Assembly (NCBI RefSeq): GCF_035594765.1
Contig: NC_085843.1
Coordinates: 267,383,971 to 267,447,970, forward strand
Direction: 5' to 3'
DNA: 64,000 bases
From: Anolis carolinensis
Taxonomy: Eukaryota
Position numbers and translations under genes: made by a program. How positions within the stretch are numbered: position 1 is the stretch's first letter; each line of letters starts with the position of its first letter. Positions 14,643-25,759 of the stretch are shown here, piece after piece. The notes below the pieces were generated by a model that was given only the letters and a program-made list of their open reading frames with translations, was not told the origin of the DNA and ran no database searches.

Positions 14643-14719
14643 GAGATTACAGCTATTTAAAAATATTATTCTCCCTTCTAGTTGCTTTCTACTTTCTACG
14701 AATGGCATAAGCACTTTGC

Positions 14720-14895
14720 ACTATTTTAAATTTTGTATATTGTATATTATAACTGTTTTAACTGCTTTAATGTTATTTTATTGTACTATGGTGTATCGGC
14801 ATAAATTGCCAGTCTGTAAGCCACCCTGAGTCCCCTCGGGTGAGAAGGGCGGGGTAGAAATGATATAAATAAATACATAAATAAATAAATAAATA
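14720..14895 (+). mobile_element. L2 LINE 3' tail
   Basis: TGTAAGCCACCCTGAGTCCCC...GGGCGGG stem-loop followed by (TAAA)n. Confidence 0.75.
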
Positions 14896-15399
14896 CAAAG
14901 CCTAACTGGTTACTATTTATAACTGGAAAGAGAATTCTACCAAGCGTTTAAACAGTAATGTTTGGAATGTTTATCTAATAGAGAAGTTGACCTATGAGAT
15001 TAGACAAGCAAAAAAACAAAAAGTCAGCCCCACATTTTAAGTAATTTGGGATTCTTTTATTGAACACATGAAAAGGATAGAGAACATTCAAAGATATATA
15101 CAAGTAACAGAAGGAACAAGAGTCTATTTCCAAAATTGTATTCTTGAATACAACTGTTAACTGAATGTCTTTGCCTATAACAATCAAGGCAGTGACAATG
15201 ACAAGGAGGATGCAAGAATCCATATCCCCACTCTTTTCTTGGTGAATTTGCTCTGTTAAAAGTTAAAGGCAACATCATGTAACTCCTGCTAGTGCCTTAC
15301 AGTAGTGTAAGTCCAACATATGAGGTCAGAATTCTTTACTGATTACATAGCAATCACATTATTTCCCAATTTACCTCTTAAGCAATGTAGTTGCATATC

Positions 15400-15875
15400 G
15401 AAGGTCTGCTTTGGCCGCCTGGAATATTGTGGAATAATAAATCACTCTGACCATGAGGTTATGAGTTCGAGGCCAGCCCATGGCGGGGTGAGCACCCGTC
15501 AATTAAAAATAAAAATTGCCCCTGCTCGTTGCTGACCTAGCAACCTGAAAGATAGTTGCATCTATCAAGTAGGAAATAAGGTACCACCTATAAAGTGGGG
15601 AGGCAAGTTTGACTAATTTATGACCTGGAATGAGGAAGTGAGGAAGTGCCATCAGAGTGGATGATGAAGCAGCTGCTCCGCCCTGTGGCCAGAATCGAAC
15701 ATCCCCTCAGGAGAAGGTTAAACTGCCTCTGCGTCTGTCTGTCTCGGTCTCTGTTTGATGTGTTTATGGGCATTGAATGTTTGCCCTATGTGTGTATAAT
15801 GTGATCCGCCCTGAGTCCCCTTCGGGGTGAGAAGGGCAGAATATCAATACTGTAAATAAATAATAATAAATAAAT
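15400..15875 (+). mobile_element. SINE with L2-derived 3' tail (Anolis SINE2-like)
   Basis: B-box-like GAGTTCGAGGCC near 15463; 3' end shared with the L2 tail at 14815-14895; (TAAA)n tail. Confidence 0.75.
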
Positions 15876-15879
15876 GTCC

Positions 15880-16135
15880 AGAGGAGGGGACCAAAATGAT
15901 AAATGGTCTGGAAGTCATGCTTAGAGTCAATTAAGAAGTATGACATGATAGCAATGTCTAAATATTTGAAAGGATGTCATACTGAAAATAGAGTAAGCTT
16001 GTTTTCTGCTGTTCCAGAGATTAGGGTATGGATTGATTCAAACTGCAGGAAAAGATATTTCACCTAAACTTTGTTAAAAACAAACATTTTGATAGTACAT
16101 ATGCTGCCTCACTGTGGTGGAATCTCCTTCTCTGG
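15880..16135 (+). mobile_element. Degraded CR1 fragment
   Basis: GACATGATAGCAATGTCTAAATATTTGAAAGGATGTCA resembles the CR1 ORF2 C-terminus. Confidence 0.6.
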
Positions 16136-18069
16136 GTCACAAGAGGATCAGCAGAGCCACACCCAACTATTTTCTTATAGATGGATGCAGTTCAAGAAGG
16201 TTGTCTGCAGGGACCTGTGCATGTCTGTTGCAACTGCAAAGAATTGGAACAGGATTACTCCCAAAGGTCCTAATACCAAGATAATTTTATTGCATATGAC
16301 TATGACAATGAGGAAAACATATGGCAGTTGGCTTCCAGCATTGCTACAACATATGGCAACATATGGAAGTCCTTAACCCTGGCCTTGTGGTTGTAGGCGA
16401 GTGATTAACTTCCCTGTGGAAATTCTATAGGTCTAGAGATGGCAACCCTATCCAGGCCCTTAGGGTATCTCCCACACATCACTGCTGTATTTCACGGTAT
16501 CTGATCCTTAAAATACAAATCCATTCATGTTATAAAGTCATCTGTGTAAGCTAGACTGCACAATGCACAACAGTATTAGATGTCTGTGCAGATGGGGGTG
16601 TTAATTGGTAGCTGAATGATCAGTAAACAGAGACGTGCAAAGAAAGCTAGATGGAATCTTGTGGAAATTAGAACTGGCTCCCGTCCAAAATTAAATTATT
16701 CTGCTAAAACAAACACTAAAGAAAAGGAAAAGAATGGCATCTAATGCTTCCTTACTGCAAATAAGAAATCATGTTTTGTGTTTGAAGACTGTATCTCAGA
16801 CCAAATTCAGGTGGACAAATGCATCTTATTCCTGAGGTGTTTCAGAGGAATTTTGTAATTCCTTTGTAGATTACTTGATTTCGAGGTCATAATTAAATAG
16901 CATGTATTCTGACATATGATTAAAGAATGGAGAAATCCACTCTATTACTATTTATAAATCTCTGTGACTGAATATTAAAGAATATTGAAAATCAACTGCT
17001 CTGAGGAAATTCTGAGGCAGTCCAGCTCCTTGGGTAGAAAATTGACTGCTCCCAGATAGAAGAAAGTAAGTGTGAGGAGAGATAGGTGCATAGATAGATA
17101 TAATTCTTTAGGAAAGGTTAATTACATGTTTTCATGTTTGTGGTATGTTGCATGGTCTTTTGAATTTTTTACCCAGGTACATGAATCCTTAAGTTACATT
17201 AATGTTTAAAGTACATATTACATATATTTCTATTTATCAAGTGGTGTTAATGGGGAAACGGGTGTGCCACACTGGAGTGTTACTTGCTTTGAACTTGTAT
17301 AATGTGTAGAAACAGGAAAAAAGATTTTTTGGAGACTTAGGAAAACAGACTGTTTAGGGACTTAACTGTGTTCATCTTTTGGAGAAATAATCCCAATGAA
17401 TATTCCAGAGGCTGAAAGATTAACACATTTTATTTGACATTATCTTTCCTTGATGCGCTATTGCTTAATGTGAAAGCAGATTCACCAGCCATGCAAAATT
17501 AGATGAAGAAAAATACCATAAGCCTCAAAATCTTCACAGAAACTGCATTTTTCAACCAATTCCAGATAAAACATTTAGAAAATATCAAGGATGCCAACTA
17601 TTCAGGAAGCCAAGGGCAACAAATTCAGCATATGTGCAAGTTTAAATGAGAGTTGTGTCATAAGTTACAAAATCTGCTTACAAATAATTCTCTACTGCCC
17701 ATTCCAGACAAAACATCTAGGTTCTGGAAAATAGCCCAGAATACCAACATTTCCAATAGCCATTTTTACCAAATGCACCAATTGGGGAATAATAAAACAG
17801 TGTAGTGCAAACAAACCAGGGAAAAAAACAGTAAGAATCAGAGCCAAACTTCTGTATTCTAGAACATAGTCTAAGATACAACTTTCCTAGGAAGCCATGT
17901 GTAAGTGGGAACAAGGAGGGGGGTACCTGTTGAAATGTTTTGTCTTTTTGTTTCATCTAAATATGTGTTTGTATTAAATTGATATATATGACTAATTAAA
18001 TTTCTTCCGTAGTTTACAGAATACACATATTGTCCATAAATTAAACCAATAAGTTAATAAAATGTACAT

Positions 18070-19115
18070 TTGCACAAAATTACAAATAGCCTACACAATT
18101 GGAAGTGGAAGATGGAGAAGCTCCATTCAGTCTGCAAAAAGGGGATCAAAAATTAGAGTAAAGCTAAAGAACAATAAACCAACCGCTGTGCCAAAATTCA
18201 ATATGAAGAACATCCTTGTAGAATTTAAAGACAATGTAAAATAGATTTGTACTGTCAAGCCTAATTGACAAAATTGTCAAGAACTTTGTCAGGGAAGAAT
18301 AGAAAATGATACTATCTGCAGCCAAAAAGAAAGAGAAGCCTCAAAGGATGACTGATGAAACTCTTTAAACAGTTAAGGAAAGAAAAAGGTGACAGAAGAT
18401 CAGAATCTTGAAGATAACTGCTAAGCAACAGGTATACAAGAACAAAGATTACTATAATGATAACTGCAAAGAAATAAAAGATGACACCTTGTCTGCAAGA
18501 TCAAAGAAATGAAAGGGAAATTTAAACCAGTAGTTGGATTGCTCTGGGCGCTTCCAGACAAGGCTTAACCTGGAGTTTAAGTCCCCACACCCTACCCAAA
18601 ACAACAGGGCTTTTCTTGTTGGTGTTCCCCTACTAGTGCAGTAACTTCGACACTAGTATGGGACCACCGAACCCCCTCTCCCAAAAGCTCTTAAAATAAG
18701 AAGAAATTTACCAGGCACCAGGCCTCCTGGCACATCATTTCTATATGGCAGGAGGCCTGCTGGAGAGGCTTCATGGCACTCAATAAGTTTATTTTTATTT
18801 TAAGGGCTTTTGGGAGGGGGGGTTGTGGAGGGGGGGGGTGCTCTCTTCACTTCTTTCAGGAAGGCCCAGGTCTAATGGGTTATCTATTTAACTTGAGACA
18901 AAGCAGGGTTTTCCTGCTTTGTCCCAAAGTAATCCTGTTTTACCTAAGGCATTGTTTGGATGCCCCAGATAAAAGTCTGACAAGGTCCACATTTTGGGTC
19001 CTGTCTGGAAGGGCCATCTGTGACCAGCGGGATAACACACTACATGACCAAGTAGAAATAAAAAGATGGTGGAAAAATGCATTGGAGAGTCAAATACAAA
19101 ATGAAAGAATGAAAG
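18070..19115 (+). mobile_element. Degraded RTE/BovB-like LINE fragment, interrupted at 18546-19016
   Basis: Peptides ...RWRSSIQSAK...KIRVKLK and DQRDNTLHDQVEIKRWW resemble the RTE endonuclease-RT linker. Confidence 0.7.
18546..19016. mobile_element. PIF/Harbinger-like MITE
   Basis: TIRs GGGCGCTTCCAGACA / TGTCTGGAAGGGCCA match 13/15; 3-bp TSD TCT; removing it restores the local RTE frame. Confidence 0.75.
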
Positions 19116-19119
19116 ATTA

Positions 19120-20530
19120 TCTGTATTCTGCACTGTTAGTCCTCATCTGTGTACTGCATTCAGTTCTGGTCACCTCTTTTTTAAGAAAGATATGTACAAA
19201 TTGGAGCAGCTTCAGAGAAGGGCAGCAAGGAATGGGGAACAAAACATGAGGAAAGATTGAAGGAGCTGGCCATTTTGATGAAGAAAAGATTGAGGGGTGA
19301 CATGATTATACTTGTGAAATAGTTCAAGAGCTGTCCCAGAGAGGAGGGGCTAGGTCTGGTCTCTGCTGCCCCAGGGTGTAGGACCAAGTCTATGGACTCT
19401 CAGAGGAGAGTAGATTTCAATAGGACATTAGAAAGTAAGAATGATTTGGCAATAGAAGCAATTCTCATTTGGGATGTCTTCACAGCTGCCTGCTGCCAAT
19501 ACTTTAGCTGAAGGTCCTTGTGAAGAATTGTATAATTATATTTTGTTTATAGATGACATGTTTATTGTATTTTGTTTAAACAGTCAGGTTTGGCTAAAGT
19601 TTAAAATGGTGAGTATTTGAATTGATGATGTGTGGGGGAAGGTAGCCATCTTAGAATGCTAAGACAGGTTACCCTAGCAACAGGGGCGGAGCCAACCGCC
19701 GCCTGGAAAGGAAAAGGGGGAATATTTAAAAACCCAAGGCAGTCTGTGATTTTCCAGTCACAGTGGAGGATCTGATTCTTGTGAGGAGAATCAGGCTGGC
19801 TTAAATAGAAGGATTTGAGTCAGATTTAGATTAGACCAGACTAGGCAAGTTAGGTGACTTGTCTAGGATCATTTATAGAGCCTGTGGATTAGGGAAAATT
19901 AATCCCAGGGGATCCAGGAGTATCAGGGTTTAGTGTAATCCAGAGAAAGGAATATTTTGAAAGTTTGACCACCTCATATCCGTTTGTAACCATTAAGCGA
20001 AGTGCCTTTAACAAGTTATATGAAACCATCAAGCTCTGTACCTGCAATAAACTTGTTTTGATTTTATTCTAACCAAGCCTCTGTCATACTCTTATATTAA
20101 GTTAAGTAACAACAACATCTGAAGTAAAACAAATAGAGACAGCTTAAAAGAACCAGTGCCATCTGCCTGACGTCTCCTCCATTGGTGGCAGCGAAGAAGA
20201 TAGTCAAACAAATAATTAATTAACATCATCTCTCATAAAACATCTTTATTAATTGGTGGTATCTGTGTGTGTGTGTAGGATCAGAGGGATTCCATCTCTG
20301 TCACACATTCCTGTCAGACACCTCACCTCTGTACATATTGGTGGCAAACGGAGGGATTCAAAAGGGATTCCATTCCCTGTCACCCTCAGTTCTGTACAAT
20401 TTGGTGGCAGCGGTGGGATTCAAAAGGGATTCCATTCCCTGCCACATCAGTTCTTTACAGTCCTTCATTGAGCAGTGGGTTGGACTCAATGGTCTTTGAG
20501 ATTCCTTCTAACTTTATGATTCTATTATTT
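19120..20530 (+). mobile_element. CR1 3' fragment split by the solo LTR at 19519-20459
   Basis: CR1 ORF2-end motifs at 19120-19518; 3'UTR and ATGATTCTAT tail resume at 20465. Confidence 0.75.
19519..20459 (+). mobile_element. Solo LTR, 941 bp, with internal tRNA-Leu PBS-like repeats
   Basis: TGTGAAGAA...TTCTTTACA ends; 5-bp TSD GTCCT; AATAAA at 20046-20051. Confidence 0.9.
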
Positions 20531-20595
20531 CAGGTAGCAGGCATCAGAAAAGATGTCTGACAGACACTCTACAGAATCTCTGACAGACTCTATAC

Positions 20596-20731
20596 CAGTA
20601 GTTCTCAACCTGGGGGTCCCCAGATGTTTATGGCCTACAATTCCCAGAAATCCCAGCCAGTTTACCAGCTGTTAGGATTTCTGGGAGTTGAAGGCCAAAA
20701 ACATCTGGGGATTCCAAGTAGAGAACCACTG
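20596..20731. mobile_element. hAT-type MITE
   Basis: Same TIR family as 9142; 8-bp TSD CTCTATAC. Confidence 0.9.
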
Positions 20732-21981
20732 CTCTATACAATGGGTTATATAGCCATCCCAGTCCAAAATAGAACACTTCTTCTTGTATTAGATGGTCTT
20801 CTTGGTTTTGATTTCTACCACTTAATGCAAACAATCAGATTTTTATATCAAATAAAATCATCTCTGCCCATAGAAAACATACTCTTCAGGAGGAAAAGTT
20901 GAAGATTAGTTTGCTATTTATAGGGAAGTTTTCAAAAACATGATTGCCAACCTGTAATTTGAAGACAATTCTACGATGTCAATTAACTATCTTATTCTGC
21001 ATGACTAGAATGACAATATGATGCCTGGAGTGAGAGGACTATCACTGAGAAATGCTGAACTCAAATGAACAGTTGGTCCTAAAGGAGTAGTTAGTTACCT
21101 AGTTCTCAAAGTAATAACTGCTCACAGCTGCAGAGCACAGTTGTTTTTTCCACAAAACTAAAAACAGCATGAATATATTGTTGTACTCATTGGATGTATA
21201 TTTAGTTAATATTGTGTTACCTACTATATTTAGTTCATACTCAGCAAGGAAAATGCATTCTAACAAGCACAACATCACTTTTTACCTCCCACATGATTCC
21301 CCCCCCCCCCCCGCATTATTCCCAGACGAAAGCAATGTGCTTTAAAAGTAGCATAAAGAATTTTGCATCTTTTGTTTGGCCTAATAAAGGTTTATTGCCA
21401 ACATGTCTACTGCTGCATACACTTAATTTGAAAATGTCAAACTTAGAATTGCTGAACAGGAAAATCCTAATCTGGATAGAATTAACTGTTTCACTGGGAT
21501 CTCATTTTTCAGTCCAAGGTTGGCTCTTATTAACATATTTTACCTGTTACACCCAAAACGAAGAAAAGCAAAGGGTCCTCAAAGTAAACCATCCTGAAAA
21601 GACTAGAAAACGTAAACAAAACACACTTCAAACACAATTAGTAGGTAATTAAAATCTGAAAACCTCGGGAGCTCTCTCCCATGCGTCCTCTCCTGCCGAA
21701 AGCAGGAAGCTCCGCCTCAAACACAATTAGTACTTAAATATTAAATACAACAAAATATATGATGACAGAAAGTACAAAATGCATATAAATGCTCACAATG
21801 GGAGATAACAGCAAACTATAAGGAATATAGCGATGCTAGGTACAGTGGCTGTGGAGACATACTAAAGAACAAATCTGATCAATGAGAAACAGTGTTATAA
21901 GTGAGGTTTCAAGAAGTAGAAAACAGTCTTAAATACATTGAGCAGATTTTTTGAGTTCAGGAGTGGATAACTTCAAATTAC

Positions 21982-21984
<3 letters not shown>

Positions 21985-22028
<44 letters not shown>

Positions 22029-22030
22029 AT
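21985..22030. repeat. (TTA)n microsatellite
   Basis: Seen directly; probably a retroposon tail. Confidence 0.9.
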
Positions 22031-23904
22031 ATTTATTTATTTATACCCCTCTTTCCTCTCTTATCAAAGAGAGGCTAACTGCATAGTGGCTGAGGGTCAG
22101 TTTTTTCCATCTCTACTTTACCAGTGAACATCACTGGTGTATAGCCGTAAGTCATGTCACAGCATTCAAATGTTGTGACGTGACTTATAGCCACTATTTT
22201 GATTAATATTTAGTTGATTTTTTTCTTTGTTTGTGAGAGTTTGAAAACTAAAATAATAAATTTGCACCTTCTGGTTGGTCTAATAAAAATGAATTAATGT
22301 TGACCATTAAACACGAACTGAATTCAATGTTTAATGGTCAACACACCATTCATTCATTTATTACTTCTTTGAAATATTGTTCTTCATAGGCATAGCATTG
22401 GAAGGAACTACTATGGCCATCTATTTCAATCCCTCTATGCATTGTCCATAATTAAACAGATTTTTCAGGGTTTGTATGAACCTAAAAAACCTGTTTGACC
22501 TTGTATGTTAGAAGAAATAAAATAACACATATAGGCAGGGCGTATACTGTAATATCTTCTTCAACACTTAAAAACGTGCATCTCCACCCAGGATAATGTG
22601 GTCTTTGCAATGAAAATGAAGTTTTAAGTAGTATAATCTTTCTTCCAGCTGCACTTCTCATAGGTGCAATGAGAGATGCATATCTGTCCAGATTTCTGTT
22701 CTTAGCATCTGGAAATTTTGATATTAAATATGAAGTATGCCAGCACTGCTTTTATATTCCAAGACTCAGCTAAAACCCATTGATGGCATTTAAATTCCAA
22801 TAAAAATGTAAGCATGCTTTTTGAGTTGATGTGGCAGGCACATTTATTTTTATACTCTTTTAAAAATGACTGATGGTGACTGAGAAAACAATGAATAATT
22901 CCAAAACTGAGCCAAGCCCCCCTCCCCAATGTTGAATGTCTTCCAGGAAAATTGTTTGAAGTCAAATTATATGTCATGCAAATTAAAGGGAATGTTTTAT
23001 TTTGCTGAAGTTCAGCTGCTTTGGGTGTTTGTTCTTGACATTCTGTAAGTATTTCAGATGTCAAAATATAAATGCTCTTATTTATACAGAGTGAACAAAC
23101 ATGCACATTTTGAATTGGGTGGGGGGATCATCTGAAGGACACTGAGAAAAAAATCACAGAATCATTGTCGCCTGGACTGGAAAATTAATGTATCGTGGGT
23201 TGGATTCAGATTTAGTCCAGGGGTGAATCCTGCTGAAACATTACACCAGCATAAGTCTAGGATGCACTGGAAGCTATACTCTATACATGCGTGCACAAAA
23301 ATGTATGCAGCATCCTGTGACATAAGCACCTCTACAAAGATTTGGCTGGTTATTTAGAATATGAGGAAAATTAACTCTCATTGCCATTCCCACCCCCATT
23401 CCACTCACTCTTATCCAGGAAGTCTCTACTGGCCCACTTTTTAATATTTCATTCTCTCCAGAGTTCTTTAGTCCCTCTCCCAAACTCCCAGTTCTTCTGG
23501 AACATGTAACCCTCCTTTTAAGAAACTATGAGATTATTCCTTTCTTTCCATATTCATCCCTTCCCTTCTCTCCTCAAGATCTTCTCCTTTGTTCTTGTAA
23601 CTTTCTTCATTCATATATAGACATACACGTATGGATGTGTCTTTAGTCATCTGAGGGATAAACCCAGAAATAGGCCTATCCCTAATTGCTTTCCATTAAT
23701 CATAGTCCTTGTGTCATTTTGGATTGTGTCACCCAAGGATTTTTGTGGTAAAAAACATACAGAAGTATTGACCGATGCCTCTTTCTGCATATTAGTAAGA
23801 AGTGTTAACCAAGTATCACCCTCAGCTTGTGCTATTTGGAACATTTTTGTCTGGCTTCTCATCAAAAGCCTGTCTTCTGTGGGAAACTTTACCAGCAGCA
23901 AAGC

Positions 23905-24890
23905 CACTCCAGTATGCTAATTATAATGTAATCTGTGCTCATTCAAAGAAAGACCTACAAGCCACTTTAAACACCTTTGCAGAAACATACAAAAACCTTG
24001 GCCTTTCGCTGAACATCAAGAAAACAAAAATGCTTTGTTTCAGGCACCAACAAATCCCTTTGCAATGCCCGATATAAAGCTTAATGGTGCAATGCTACAA
24101 AATGTTAACCATTTCCCCAACTAGGCAGCCACCTCACCACAAGTCAACATCAACATCAAAATACATCACCACCTGAGCTCTGCTAATGCAACATTTTTTA
24201 ATGAAGCAGAGAATGTTTGAAGATCAGGACATCCATAGGGAAGATGCTTTTTTATAAAGCTATTGTCCTTCAACCCTGTTGTATGCTTGTGAAACATGGA
24301 CCCTCTGCAAATGTCACTCTCAACTTCTGGAAAGATTCCAACATCATTTCCTCCAAAATAAATCCTGCAAATCTCTTGGGAAGATAGAACAAACAACAGT
24401 GTTCTGGAAGAAACAAAGACGACCAGCATTGAAGTGATGAATCTCTGCCATCAACTTTGCTGGACCGGCCATGTTGTCTGAATGCCCAATCACCAGTGAC
24501 TCTACTCTCAGCTCAAACAATATGTTGGTGCACAGCAAAAGAGATGCAAAGATGGGTTTAAAGCTAACCTTAAAAACTGTGGCATAAACACCAAGAACTG
24601 AGAAACCCTGGCCCTTGAGCACTCTAACTCGAGGTCAGCTATTACCAATAGTGCTGTGGATTTTGAAGAGGCACAAACAGAGGGCAAATGGGAGAAACAT
24701 GCCAAAGTGAAGGCACATCAGGAAAACCCTTGTCAGGACTGCCTTCCATCTGTAAAATGTATATCCTCACTGCGAAAGACCATGTGGATCCAGGATAGGG
24801 CTCTACAATCATTTGTGGACCCACCTCCAAGACTCTACACTTGGAAGACAATTGTACTCAGCCACGAGTGACAGCCTATGATTATGATGT
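23905..24890 (+). mobile_element. 5'-truncated, degraded RTE-clade LINE
   Basis: LQYANYNVICAHSKKDLQATLNTFAETYKNLGLSLNIKKTK is a decayed YADD RT region; frameshifts and stops follow; (ATG)n-like tail. Confidence 0.85.
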
Positions 24891-24979
24891 TTGAAGATGA
24901 TGCATCTTGGTCTTTGAGGCATAAATACATTTTACATTTGTCTCCATTGAATTTCATGTTATTCTGTCCAATTTTCCAC

Positions 24980-25375
24980 CATAGATGCTCATGTACAAGT
25001 TGACTTCATGTATAAGCCAAGGGCAAATTTGGGGCCAAAATTATGGATTTTGCTATGACCCATTCTGTGAAGAGGGGAAAGCTTCAATGCCACCTCAGAA
25101 GGCCTACCATTCTTAGTTGTGCAGCTACCATTTCCCTGCCCAGGCATTCAAAAATGCCAAATGTAATGCCAAGGCGAGAGAGTGGAGGAGGTTGCATGTC
25201 TTTTAGGTTCATTTGGGATGGACTGAGCTCTCTCCGAATCTCCTTTTGCCACTTGACTCAAAGAAAGGTCTGGTTCCTTTCTTGACAAGAGTACATTACT
25301 CATATTGATTCGGGGATAAGTTGACCCAGATTTTTGAGTTGATTTTTTTTTACTAAAATCTCTAGACTTATACAT
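24980..25375. mobile_element. Degraded Tc1/mariner-type MITE; related fragment at ~7935-8040 in the opposite orientation
   Basis: Shares CCAAAATTATGGATTTTG..ATGACC and GACTTATACAT subterminal motifs with 7935-8040. Confidence 0.55.
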
Positions 25376-25759
25376 TTATTTAAGGTCCTTTTGGATTCTA
25401 TTTTCCAATGTGTTGGCCACCCTTCACATTTTTATGTCACCATTGAGGATGAATGTTTGAGCAGTGTTTCAATTAATTATCTGGAAATGTTCCCACCTTT
25501 TCCACATTTAATCAAATTGCTAATCAAAATATTGTAAGCAACCTTATCAAATACTTCCATGAAGTCCAGGTAAATGATAACATAGCATTCTCATCTACTA
25601 AATTAGTGACCTGATCGAAACAAGGAATAAGTTTAGCTTGGTAAACCCATGCAGGATTCCTTCTGATCACTGAACGATCACTGGCCAAAGGAACTCACAG
25701 TTGTCACCTGTCCCCAGATCAAGGCTCTCCCCCAAGAAAGTCATCACAGACTAAAATAA

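Noticed and set aside
18773-19249. 158-aa ORF
   Set aside because: Runs across MITE, RTE and CR1 pieces; a chimeric chance frame.
20180-20459. CRISPR-like repeat/spacer array
   Set aside because: Vertebrate LTR context; the spacers are homologous to each other and the repeat is a tRNA PBS; no cas genes.
21212-23106. 146-aa and 134-aa ORFs
   Set aside because: No recognisable domain; composition typical of translated non-coding DNA.
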